IMG/VR virus record: IMGVR_UViG_3300032258_000009
Coordinates: 1-27,066 of that record
DNA length: 27,066 nucleotides
Direction: 5' to 3' (one strand)
DNA from: a virus
Lineage: Duplodnaviria; Caudoviricetes
In this document: piece by piece, positions 1 through 8,186 of the stretch
Position numbering within the stretch: position 1 is the first letter of the stretch
Layout of the letters: each line of letters begins with the position of its first letter
Made by a program: the position numbers and the translations under genes
The notes under the pieces: model-generated
Databases searched by the model: none
Told to the model about the DNA's origin: nothing
Seen by the model: only the letters and a program-made list of their open reading frames with translations

Positions 1-473
1 TTGCTGTATTTGGTATCGAAGAGATACAGGATGGAGAGATGGCAGGATTGAATCGCTATTACTTACTAGAAGAATATTTTGCACATAAGAAGTCCACCGA
101 AGAACATGCTAGGAGGATTTCTGAATTCCAAACAAAGTGGGATATTGATTACTTATTTATTGATAGTTCTGCTGCACAGACTAGATTTGACCTAGCTTCA
201 ACTTATGAAATTGCTACTATAAATGCTAAGAAATCCGTCGTAGACGGAATTGGAGCAGTTGGAGCAGTAATTGAAAGTGGAAGACTAATTGTAGATGAAA
301 ATTGTTTTGAAGCTATTCATGCGATTAGAAACTATAAGTGGAAAGGTAAAAGCCAAGAAGGGGTATGGAATATTGAAACACAGAAACCTGAACACAACCG
401 AGCGAGTCATATGGCTGACGCTATCCGCTATGCGATATATACGTATGAACAAGGAGCAGGTGGAGTTATGTAA
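1..473 (+). CDS. terL: Terminase large subunit, C-terminal RNase H-like nuclease domain (5' truncated by window edge)
   Basis: Frame is open from position 3 (AVFGIEEIQDGEM...), so ATG 39 is internal. It contains FIDSSAAQ and the terminal HNRASHMADAIRYAIYT motif typical of T5-like TerL, and lies upstream of the HNH and portal genes as in T5. Confidence 0.92.
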   Translation, partial: AVFGIEEIQDGEMAGLNRYYLLEEYFAHKKSTEEHARRISEFQTKWDIDYLFIDSSAAQTRFDLASTYEIATINAKKSVVDGIGAVGAVIESGRLIVDENCFEAIHAIRNYKWKGKSQEGVWNIETQKPEHNRASHMADAIRYAIYTYEQGAGGVM

Positions 474-519
474 TTCCGCACTTTTTGAAAAAGAACGTAA
501 AGATAAACAATATTAATTC

Positions 520-548
520 TTGACAAGTGTTAAAATTTTTGATATACT
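520..548 (+). promoter_or_regulatory. sigma70-type promoter with extended -10 (probable late operon promoter)
   Basis: TTGACA (520-525), 17-nt spacer, TATACT (543-548), preceded by TGn (540-542). Upstream DNA is A/T-rich. It sits in the only sizeable intergenic gap before the structural operon. Confidence 0.85.
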
Positions 549-584
549 GATCTTATACTGATAAAAAGAAAAAACCAACTATTT

Positions 585-619
585 AAGCCCCGTTCAATGT
601 ACCGCATCGGACGGAGCTT
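585..619 (+). other. GC-rich imperfect RNA hairpin in the 5' leader of the late transcript
   Basis: AAGC-C-CCGTTC-A-ATGT-ACC-GCAT-C-GGACGG-A-GCTT folds into about 14 bp with two mismatches, and is followed by TCTTGTGTTT. Confidence 0.5.
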
Positions 620-642
620 TCTTGTGTTTAACAGGAAAAGTA

Positions 643-1023
643 ATGAGTGATCTGAAACGATTAGAAGTGAAATATGTGCGCGATCGTGCGAAGTCACGAT
701 ACGAAAAAGGCTCTGAATGTGAGATTTGTGGCACAACTGAAGAATTACAATTTCATCATTTCTATACCATAGACCTGCTTTGGAATCGGTGGAAAAGGTT
801 AAAGGGTATAATTATAAATACTGTAGATGATATTATGGATATACGGGATGACTTCATAGAAAATCATGAGCGTGAGCTTTATGAAGAAACAACCACGTTA
901 TGTAAATTTTGCCATAATAACCGTTTACATAAAATTTATGGACAAAAACCCGCGTTAACTACTGCCGAAAAACAGAAGCGATGGCTAGTAAAACAAAGGA
1001 ATAAATTTTATGGGAAAACTTAA
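643..1023 (+). CDS. HNH-family nicking endonuclease (T5-like, between terminase and portal)
   Basis: Motifs YVRDRAKSRY, CEICG (CxxC), LQFHHF and TLCKFCHNNRLH (CxxCH). Same position as the T5 nicking endonuclease. ATG 643 follows AGGAAA and is preferred over TTG 622. Confidence 0.85.
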   Translation: MSDLKRLEVKYVRDRAKSRYEKGSECEICGTTEELQFHHFYTIDLLWNRWKRLKGIIINTVDDIMDIRDDFIENHERELYEETTTLCKFCHNNRLHKIYGQKPALTTAEKQKRWLVKQRNKFYGKT

Positions 1024-2281
1024 TACGTGGTGGTATAACGTAAAAATGAATCGTGCCCAGCCCTCTATTCAAAGTGAAGAGGGGCAAGAAAAGGACAGCA
1101 CCCGCCGAGGGTATTATTTTAAAAGATCATATGATCGTTTAGAAGTGATACGCAGAGGGGCGGACCTTATAGTAGATTCAGCCGCTGAACTAAACATTTC
1201 TGTCATGGACCCTCTGTCCATTGACTCAAGATATTTAAACCCGAATTCGGGAAAACCTCAAATGGTACGAAAGAAGACAGTAGAAAAACTGTTAAATTTT
1301 CAAGCTAATCCTGAGGTAGATCAAAACCAGTTTCGTCGTGAAACTTTTATGGATCTAATGATCAATGGTAATGCATATCTTTACTTTGATGGTATAGATT
1401 TATATCAACTACCTTCTCATCTCATGGAGATTAAAGTAGGTAAGAAGAAACGTGTTGAATCATATTTGTATGATAGTAAAACTCGTTTTGGAACTGATGA
1501 GATCATTCATATTAAAGATAACGCCGCAGATAGTATATATCAAGGTGTTTCTAGACTGTACTGCGCCAGAAGAAGTATTAATACTTTAGATTTGATGTTA
1601 AATTTTCAAGATTTATTTTTTGAAAACGGTGCAGTTCCCGGGCTGGTACTTACCACTCCCAATATACTAGGTCCCAAATTAAAACAAAGAATACTAGAGA
1701 ATTGGAGACGTTCGTATAGTCCAAAAGCTGGAGCACGTCGTCCGCTTCTTTTAGATGGAGATTTTAAGGTTAATCCCCTATCTGAAATTAAGTGGCGAGA
1801 ATTAGACTTTGAAACTTCTGTCGGAGGACATGAGGAGAAAATTCTAAAAGCACTCGGCGTACCTCCAGTACTATTAAATTCCGGAAATAATGCTAACCTT
1901 ACGCCAAATTTAAAGTTGTTTTACTTAACAACTGTACTACCTCTAGTAAATAAATTTGTATCTGCGGTAGAGTCTTACTTTGCTTACGATATGAAGGCCG
2001 ATACGGTAGGAGTTGCAGCGCTTGCTCCCGAAATTCGAGATCAAACTACGCAACTTACTAGTCTTGTCAATACTGGAATCATTACAATTAATGAAGCTAG
2101 AGATCAGCTGAGAATGGATCCAGCAGAAGATGAGCATGCAGATGAATTAAGAATACCCGCCAATATAGCGGGATCTGCAGTAGACCCTACTCAGGGAGGT
2201 AGACCATCAGGGTCGGAAAATAATGAACCTGATGTGGAAGAAAATCCTAAACCCGAGGAACAAGGTGAAAATGAAAATTAA
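1010..2281 (+). CDS. Portal protein (T5 pb7-like, HK97-family portal)
   Basis: N-terminus ...SYDRLEVIRRGADLIVDSAAE resembles T5 pb7. Portal motifs DLMINGNAY, EIIHIKDN, FFENGAVPG, ALGVPPVLL and GIITINEAR are present, with a T5-like RIPANIAGSA near the end. 423 aa. Confidence 0.95.
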   Translation: MGKLNTWWYNVKMNRAQPSIQSEEGQEKDSTRRGYYFKRSYDRLEVIRRGADLIVDSAAELNISVMDPLSIDSRYLNPNSGKPQMVRKKTVEKLLNFQANPEVDQNQFRRETFMDLMINGNAYLYFDGIDLYQLPSHLMEIKVGKKKRVESYLYDSKTRFGTDEIIHIKDNAADSIYQGVSRLYCARRSINTLDLMLNFQDLFFENGAVPGLVLTTPNILGPKLKQRILENWRRSYSPKAGARRPLLLDGDFKVNPLSEIKWRELDFETSVGGHEEKILKALGVPPVLLNSGNNANLTPNLKLFYLTTVLPLVNKFVSAVESYFAYDMKADTVGVAALAPEIRDQTTQLTSLVNTGIITINEARDQLRMDPAEDEHADELRIPANIAGSAVDPTQGGRPSGSENNEPDVEENPKPEEQGENEN

Positions 2282-2855
2282 TGACCCTAAACTTGAGAAA
2301 AAAGTTTTTTCTTTCGAAACTGCCCTTACGTATAAAAAGCTAAACCCAGAAGAAGATGACTCCCCATTAGTTATCGAAGGTGAAGCAAGTACAAAAGATA
2401 TGGATCGTATGAGAGATATCATAGATCCTAAAGCTTGGAAAGAAAAAGATGCTTTAAAGGGGTATATAAATAACCCCATTATCTTAGCGTATCATCGTCA
2501 TGATAAACCCATTGGTAGAGCAACAGAAGTTCGACCTACTGATAACGGTTTGAGCATTAAAGCTACTATCAGTAAGGCAGCTACAGAAGTCTATTCCCTA
2601 ATTCAAGAAGGTATTCTTAAATCCTTTAGTGTAGGCTTCATAGCGAAAGATATGGACTATGATCGTGATAAAGACTCTTTTAATATTAAAGAAATTGAAT
2701 TAGTCGAAATAAGTGTTGTATCTGTTCCTGCAAACCCATATACTACATTTAGTGTAAGTAAAAGTTTTGATAACCCTAGAGAATTTGAAGCTTTTAAGAA
2801 ATCATTTAATAATGATGATAAAGATAACCCTGAAACTATTGAGGAGAATAATCTA
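2271..2855 (+). CDS. Prohead (maturation) protease, HK97/T5 pb11-like; no stop codon, reads in frame into the capsid
   Basis: Motifs IEGEAST..DR..DII, NPIILAYHRHDKPIG (catalytic His), LKSFSVGF (catalytic Ser) and ELVEISVVSVPANP. ATG 2271 follows AAGGTG and overlaps the portal end. It is part of the track ORF 2223..4274. Confidence 0.9.
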
Positions 2856-4274
2856 ATGGAAAAGAGTGAAAACAAAAACACTCCTTCAATCGACCTAGAT
2901 TCCTTAACTTCTTCTGTTGCTACAACAGTTATGAAGGCATTAGAAGAGCGTGAAGCAGCAAAAGAAGCTACACGTAAAGAACAAGAAGCTCGTGATATTG
3001 AGGTTAAAACCGCTGCCGAGCGTCTATTAGAAGATGCCAAGAAGGATATTGAGAAGAAGTACGAAGATGAAAAAGAAAATGAACTTAAGGAAGTTGTAAA
3101 TAAGTTCGCTTCTGATCTTGAGGAAAAGAAAAGCGAGATTGAAGAATTACGTCGCGCTATGAAGGCTAATAAAATGCATTATAGTGAAGACAGTAATGAA
3201 GACAATCTTTCTGTCGAAGAGAGAGACGCAGCTGTATTAATGGCTAAGTTATTTAATAAAGAAATCGACAGAACAAAATATTTTAAGACTTTGGTAACGA
3301 AGTCTGGTCGTGAGCACTGGGAATCCGGTACTCTAGACGGTTGGGAAGAGGAATTCTCCACTCGTGTACATAATGAAATGCGTGAGAATTTAGTTGTAGA
3401 AAATCTATTTACTTCTATGCCTATGAATACCCCAACTATGCACCTTCCTGTAAACCCAGAAGCGGGTTATGCAGAATGGATTAGCGAAGCACAATATCGC
3501 TCCAGTTCTCCAACTGGTCATGAGTCTCCACAGTCTCCTGACGTATCGTCTACCGGCGATGCAGTTGATCACCAGCTAAAAGAGAACTCAATCACTGCTT
3601 ACAAGCTAGCAACTAAGGAATACCTTGGTTACGAAGAAGAGGAAGATAGCATTGTTGCTCTTCTACCTATTATTCGTGATGCTATGTCACGTCGTATGGC
3701 TAAGACCTCCGATCGTGCACTTCTACGCGGTGATGGTACTACAGACCTTATTACTGGTCTAACTGGATTAGGCTCTAGTGTAACTGACGTTACTTTTAAC
3801 GTTAATTCTCCTGACAATTCTACTGTTTCTTCCGTTGTTTATAATGATTTCATTACAGCACGTCAGAACTTAGGAATGTACGGCGATGATCCTAGTGATC
3901 TAGTTTGGGTAGTATCCCCTGATCTATATTACCATCTATTAGGAACTTCCTTCCAGGATACCTTCCTAACAATGGATAAGATTGGAGATCGTGCAACTGT
4001 TCGTTCAGGTCAGATTGGTAGCATTGCAGGTACGCCTGTTGTTATGTCTCGCCAGTTTGATAATACAAATATTGCAACCCCTGCAGCAGGTACTGCATTT
4101 GCTGTACTATTCCGTCCTAATAACTTTATTAAGGGCCAGCTACGTGGAATGAGAGTAGAGTCTGATACAGACATCTTCAATCAGAAACGTGGATATGTAG
4201 CAACTCGTCGTTTTGGATTCAAGGATCTAGACGTGGGTTATGGTGTTGTTAAGTTTGCATTTAATAGTGCATAA
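2856..4274 (+). CDS. Major capsid protein, HK97 fold with N-terminal coiled-coil delta (scaffold) domain, T5 pb8-like
   Basis: GAGGAG SD at 2841-2846, 9 nt before in-frame ATG 2856, giving 472 aa. An E/K-rich coiled-coil N-terminus is followed by WEEEFSTRVHNEMRENLVV, EEEEDSIVALLPIIRD, ALLRGDG, DKIGDRAT..GQIG and ATRRFGF. Confidence 0.93.
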   Translation: MEKSENKNTPSIDLDSLTSSVATTVMKALEEREAAKEATRKEQEARDIEVKTAAERLLEDAKKDIEKKYEDEKENELKEVVNKFASDLEEKKSEIEELRRAMKANKMHYSEDSNEDNLSVEERDAAVLMAKLFNKEIDRTKYFKTLVTKSGREHWESGTLDGWEEEFSTRVHNEMRENLVVENLFTSMPMNTPTMHLPVNPEAGYAEWISEAQYRSSSPTGHESPQSPDVSSTGDAVDHQLKENSITAYKLATKEYLGYEEEEDSIVALLPIIRDAMSRRMAKTSDRALLRGDGTTDLITGLTGLGSSVTDVTFNVNSPDNSTVSSVVYNDFITARQNLGMYGDDPSDLVWVVSPDLYYHLLGTSFQDTFLTMDKIGDRATVRSGQIGSIAGTPVVMSRQFDNTNIATPAAGTAFAVLFRPNNFIKGQLRGMRVESDTDIFNQKRGYVATRRFGFKDLDVGYGVVKFAFNSA

Positions 4275-4289
4275 TTTATAATACTAATA

Positions 4290-4319
4290 ATGGGGGAGGG
4301 GAATCCTCCCCCATATTTT
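4290..4319 (+). terminator. Intrinsic terminator-like hairpin after the capsid gene (probably leaky)
   Basis: ATGGGGGAGG-GGAAT-CCTCCCCCAT forms a 10-bp perfect stem, followed by a short ATTTT tract. Confidence 0.8.
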
Positions 4320-4330
4320 GAGGAAACACT

Positions 4331-4954
4331 ATGGATTTAGTAGAATTAGATGAGTATAAAGAATATAAACAATTAACTAATGTAGAGCAAGATGCTAAGA
4401 GAACAGCTTTAATAGTTTATGTTTCTCAGTTAGTCGAAAGTTATTGTAATAGAAAATTTATAGAATACGCTAGTAGTCCAGGAATTACTGAATACTATAG
4501 CGCATTAACAAATAGAGTCTATGTAGATCAGTTTCCTATTATAAATGTCTATTCTGTAGAAGTTTCCTCCGATGGTGGGCAGACATATACAGCATTAGTT
4601 GAAAATTCTAGTGAAAAAGATGGTTATATTGTAGATGTGGATAATGGAGTTATAATGACTCAATTACAATATAAGTCTTTTCTAAGTTATTGTGACTTAG
4701 AATATAATAGTTTTAAAGTTTCTTATACCGCTGGTTATGAAGAATTACCGAAAGATTTAAAGTTAGCTATTTTTGATTTAATACATTATTATGAAAAAGA
4801 AGAAATGTCTTTAAGAAAGTCTTTAATGGGGGCTCAATTAGAAAACCCATTGCCTTTTAATGACGCAGAGTTTCCCTCACATATACAACGAATTTTAAGT
4901 TTATATCGTGCACCTGTGGCAGAAGACTTTAGTTTTCAGTTTGTAGGGAGTTAA
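4331..4954 (+). CDS. Head completion / head-tail connector protein (T5 p144-like)
   Basis: SD GAGGA. Motifs LDEYKEY, VSQLVESYCNRKF, KVSYTAGY..LPKDLKLAIFDLIHYY and FPSHIQRILSLYR. Directly follows the capsid gene. Confidence 0.85.
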   Translation: MDLVELDEYKEYKQLTNVEQDAKRTALIVYVSQLVESYCNRKFIEYASSPGITEYYSALTNRVYVDQFPIINVYSVEVSSDGGQTYTALVENSSEKDGYIVDVDNGVIMTQLQYKSFLSYCDLEYNSFKVSYTAGYEELPKDLKLAIFDLIHYYEKEEMSLRKSLMGAQLENPLPFNDAEFPSHIQRILSLYRAPVAEDFSFQFVGS

Positions 4955-4955
4955 T

Positions 4956-6479
4956 ATGTGGAACGTAAAAATTACAAATACTCCAGGAGTTATAAATCTT
5001 GGACCAAATATAAGTAGACAACAATTATTTGAAATATTATTCTCAAGTTTATTGGATGCGGGTAATTTTACAAAAATCCGAAAAGAACTATATGAAAAAC
5101 TAGAAAAAAGTATTTATGTAAGTCCTGGTGCTATTAATCATACTTTAAAAGAGTTTAGGGATTTTGCTAAGAAACAAGAAGAACACTATAGTATTAAATC
5201 TAATAATGAAAGTGCTGATCAACGTAAAGAAAGAAACGCAAAAAGAAAGTTATTTCAAGAAATACACCAATCTTTAGCTGAGGCCAATTTAAGTAATTGG
5301 GCGACAAGAATTTTTAGAGCCATAAAAAGATCTACCCCTAAGCGAGATATTTTAGATGAAGGTAAGGGGCCCAGAGGTTACTATATGATAGTAGCTACCT
5401 CTGGAAGTTTTAGTGACTATAAAAAAAAGTGGCGAAAAACTATAAAAAATGACTCCAATATGAATAGTATAACCAAAAATATTACACTAGCATTTTTAGA
5501 TAAGGGTGAAGGTGGACATATTTTTGGTGTAGCTCAAGATATGACAAGGGAGTCTATATTTAGTGACGAAGATTTCGGAAGTAGTGGATTTAATGACGCA
5601 AAACTACAAAAAGAAATGCAAAGACTTATTAACAGTTTTTTACAATCATTAGAAAATCAACCAGAAGTTATTGAATCTTTAGATATTTTAATTACTACAG
5701 AATTTGATGTTAAATTCGTTCACAGTATTACAAATAACGCAAGGTTCAAAGTTCCTGGAAGTAGTGGTGCTGCTGTTTATAAAAGTTGGTTATCAAAAAT
5801 ACCTTACGCTATAGAAATAGATGTAGTTAATAGAGGCAGAACTGGATCATTAGCTGGACTTAGAAGATGGTTTAAAAATGAGTTTATTAAAAACGTTTTA
5901 AAAAATGAAAGAAAATATACAAAACAAGTACTTGATGCATTAGAGAAAGTGGAGGTAGGATCTAATTCTTCAGAAGAAGCTTTAAGAGAGTTAGAAACAC
6001 TATGGACAGGCTTAAGTGCTAAACATAAAAAGTTCACCACAGCCGCTAGAAGGCGGTTGCAAGAAGCTAAAAAAGTTAATATAAAACAAGCTAATATTCC
6101 CTTAGATTTAAGAATTGGAAATTTAAAAACTACCAATACAGGTTCAGTCAGTTTCACTTCTGTTAAAAACTATATAAATGCAAATTTACATCGTATTTTA
6201 AGAGAAGATGTTATGGCAAAGGGAGGAGCTACTGAAAGATTAAATTATAGAACTGGTAGATTCGCAGAATCTGCTAGAGTTGTAAAGATGAGAGCATTAA
6301 CGGGAAAAACAGTTGAAATAACAGTAGATTATATGAAATATCCATATAATGTATTTTCACCAATGGGTAGATTATACAAGCCTTTAAGAGATCCTAGAGT
6401 TTTAATACATCAAGCAGTTCGTGTAGCTTTCAAAGAGTTATACATTAATAAACTGAGAATAAAAAGTAGGGTAGTATAA
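4956..6479 (+). CDS. Tail completion / neck protein (T5 p143-like C-terminal domain) with long N-terminal extension
   Basis: Lies between head completion and tail terminator genes. The C-terminal LNYRTGRFAESARV...YMKYPYNVF...DPRVLI motif recalls T5-like p143 proteins. 507 aa and basic. Confidence 0.65.
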   Translation: MWNVKITNTPGVINLGPNISRQQLFEILFSSLLDAGNFTKIRKELYEKLEKSIYVSPGAINHTLKEFRDFAKKQEEHYSIKSNNESADQRKERNAKRKLFQEIHQSLAEANLSNWATRIFRAIKRSTPKRDILDEGKGPRGYYMIVATSGSFSDYKKKWRKTIKNDSNMNSITKNITLAFLDKGEGGHIFGVAQDMTRESIFSDEDFGSSGFNDAKLQKEMQRLINSFLQSLENQPEVIESLDILITTEFDVKFVHSITNNARFKVPGSSGAAVYKSWLSKIPYAIEIDVVNRGRTGSLAGLRRWFKNEFIKNVLKNERKYTKQVLDALEKVEVGSNSSEEALRELETLWTGLSAKHKKFTTAARRRLQEAKKVNIKQANIPLDLRIGNLKTTNTGSVSFTSVKNYINANLHRILREDVMAKGGATERLNYRTGRFAESARVVKMRALTGKTVEITVDYMKYPYNVFSPMGRLYKPLRDPRVLIHQAVRVAFKELYINKLRIKSRVV

Positions 6480-6928
6480 TGGCAACACGAAGAACAACTA
6501 TCGTTAATGCTTTAGTAGATTTAATAACACAAATAGATGGTAGAAGCCCTTATCAGGTTGATCTATATAATAATGTAGAAGGTAAACTAAGATTTTGGGA
6601 TGAAGTTCAAGAAACACCATTTGTTTGTATTACCGCAGGAACAGAGACAAGAGAATATTTACCCAGCAATTTTAGCTGGGGATATCTAGATCTTCTTATT
6701 AGAATCTATGTAACTAGAGAAAATTCTAAAGAAGTTTTAGAACAAATTTTTGAGGATATTGAATTTGTGATTGATTCAAATAATACATTACCATTTGGAC
6801 CAGGACAAGGTGATATTTGTACCGATATAAGAATTACTTCTATTACAGATGATGAGGGTTTACTTCACCCAACTTCTGTAGGCGAAATATCACTAACAGT
6901 TCAATATCCCATCGAAAGAAGTAATTAA
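6479..6928 (+). CDS. Tail terminator protein (T5 p142-like)
   Basis: Motifs RRTTIVNALV, KLRFWDEV..P..CITAG.ETREYLPS and SITDDEGLL. Immediately upstream of the tail tube gene, with a TAATG overlap. Confidence 0.85.
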   Translation: MATRRTTIVNALVDLITQIDGRSPYQVDLYNNVEGKLRFWDEVQETPFVCITAGTETREYLPSNFSWGYLDLLIRIYVTRENSKEVLEQIFEDIEFVIDSNNTLPFGPGQGDICTDIRITSITDDEGLLHPTSVGEISLTVQYPIERSN

Positions 6929-6941
6929 GGAGATTTAAACT

Positions 6942-8129
6942 ATGGCAACTTTTAGTCTAGTAAGAGACACAAGAGTATTTATATCTACTGAAGCTGCTAT
7001 TGCCAACATGAGTGATACTAACACTTGGCAAATCCCTGTATTAGATGGATATAGTTTTACAGCAGATACTAATGTAGAAACTGTAACAGTATCCGAAGCA
7101 GGTATTTCAAATGTAGCTAGAGGGCAACAAGCCTTTACTACTGCTATTAATCCCGTTGAATGGGCTTTAACTACTTATATGCGTCCTCGTTGGGGAGGAG
7201 CTCCAGATAATGAGGCTGATGCAGTAGAAAGAGTACTATGGGAAGGATTAGCGGCAGCTAATGCTAACAATACTATTGGAACCATCTTAGACGGTCTAGC
7301 GACTACTATGGGTGGAGCCGGGGCTGGCATGACAGTAGATTTTCTTGATTCTGATACTAATGAGTTATTAGAATTAAGTATAATTTTTAATCTTGGGGAT
7401 AATTGGTATCATATTACACAATGTTTAGTAAACCAAGCTGAAGTAGATTTCAGTATTGATACTATTGCACAAATTGGTTGGTCTGGGTTCGGTACTTCAT
7501 TAGTATCTGTAGAGGGCTCAGATTTAACAACTTTACAGGGATGGGCAGGAACTGCCAGATTCCCGAATTCAGGAGTTATAGATACCAACGATTATGTAAC
7601 TGCTCCAACAGCATATACTTGTATTCGTAATAAGTTAAGTACTGTTGAATTAACAGATAACGATTCTCCTGGAACAAGCTACACAGTAGCATTAACAGGT
7701 GGATCATTAACTATTAATAATAATATCGAGTTCTTAACTCCTGAGAATTTAGGAGTCGTTAATCAGCCTTGCGGTGGATTTACAGGAACAAGAGAAATTA
7801 GTGGTAATATGACTGCTTACCTTAAAACAGGAGCCGGATTAACCGGTGGATTGTTAACAGATCTATTAACTGATTTAAATGATGTTACACAAGACTTCGC
7901 GTTAATTATACATGCTGGTAATGGAATTAATCCTGCATCACCAGATTTTCATGTACCACAAGTAGCATTTAATATGCCTCATACTCATATCAATATTCCA
8001 ACCGTAAATGTTGAAGATGTATTATCTGTAGATATCGGCTTTACAGCCTTACCTACGGATAGTGCTGGTGCATTCGATTTAGAATATAATAATGAGTTAA
8101 CAGTAACATATTATCCTGACGAATCGTAA
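6942..8129 (+). CDS. Major tail tube protein (T5 pb6-like, apparently without the C-terminal Ig-like domain)
   Basis: SD AAGGAG. Motifs LVRDTRVFIS, WQIPVLDGYSF, F.TAINPVEW..TTYMRP, VNQAEVDFSIDTIA.I.WSG, IRNKLST, NNIEFLTPE.LG.VN.P and FTGTR.ISG. 395 aa. Confidence 0.92.
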   Translation: MATFSLVRDTRVFISTEAAIANMSDTNTWQIPVLDGYSFTADTNVETVTVSEAGISNVARGQQAFTTAINPVEWALTTYMRPRWGGAPDNEADAVERVLWEGLAAANANNTIGTILDGLATTMGGAGAGMTVDFLDSDTNELLELSIIFNLGDNWYHITQCLVNQAEVDFSIDTIAQIGWSGFGTSLVSVEGSDLTTLQGWAGTARFPNSGVIDTNDYVTAPTAYTCIRNKLSTVELTDNDSPGTSYTVALTGGSLTINNNIEFLTPENLGVVNQPCGGFTGTREISGNMTAYLKTGAGLTGGLLTDLLTDLNDVTQDFALIIHAGNGINPASPDFHVPQVAFNMPHTHINIPTVNVEDVLSVDIGFTALPTDSAGAFDLEYNNELTVTYYPDES

Positions 8130-8138
8130 TATATAGTT

Positions 8139-8169
8139 AGGTAGGGGCAGCAATGCCTCTACCTTTCTT
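8139..8169 (+). terminator. Intrinsic terminator after the tail tube gene
   Basis: AGGTAGGGGCA-GCAA-TGCCTCTACCT forms an 11-bp stem (one G-U) with a GNRA loop, followed by TTCTT. Confidence 0.85.
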
Positions 8170-8186
8170 GTCTATATAGGTGTAGT

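Noticed and set aside
643-1023. HNH gene as a mobile homing endonuclease
   Set aside because: Its size, motifs and position match the conserved T5-like nicking/packaging-associated gene, and no flanking gene is interrupted.
2223-2270. Track start ATG 2223 for the protease ORF
   Set aside because: It overlaps the portal by 59 nt without an SD. ATG 2271 has AAGGTG and gives a normal protease length.
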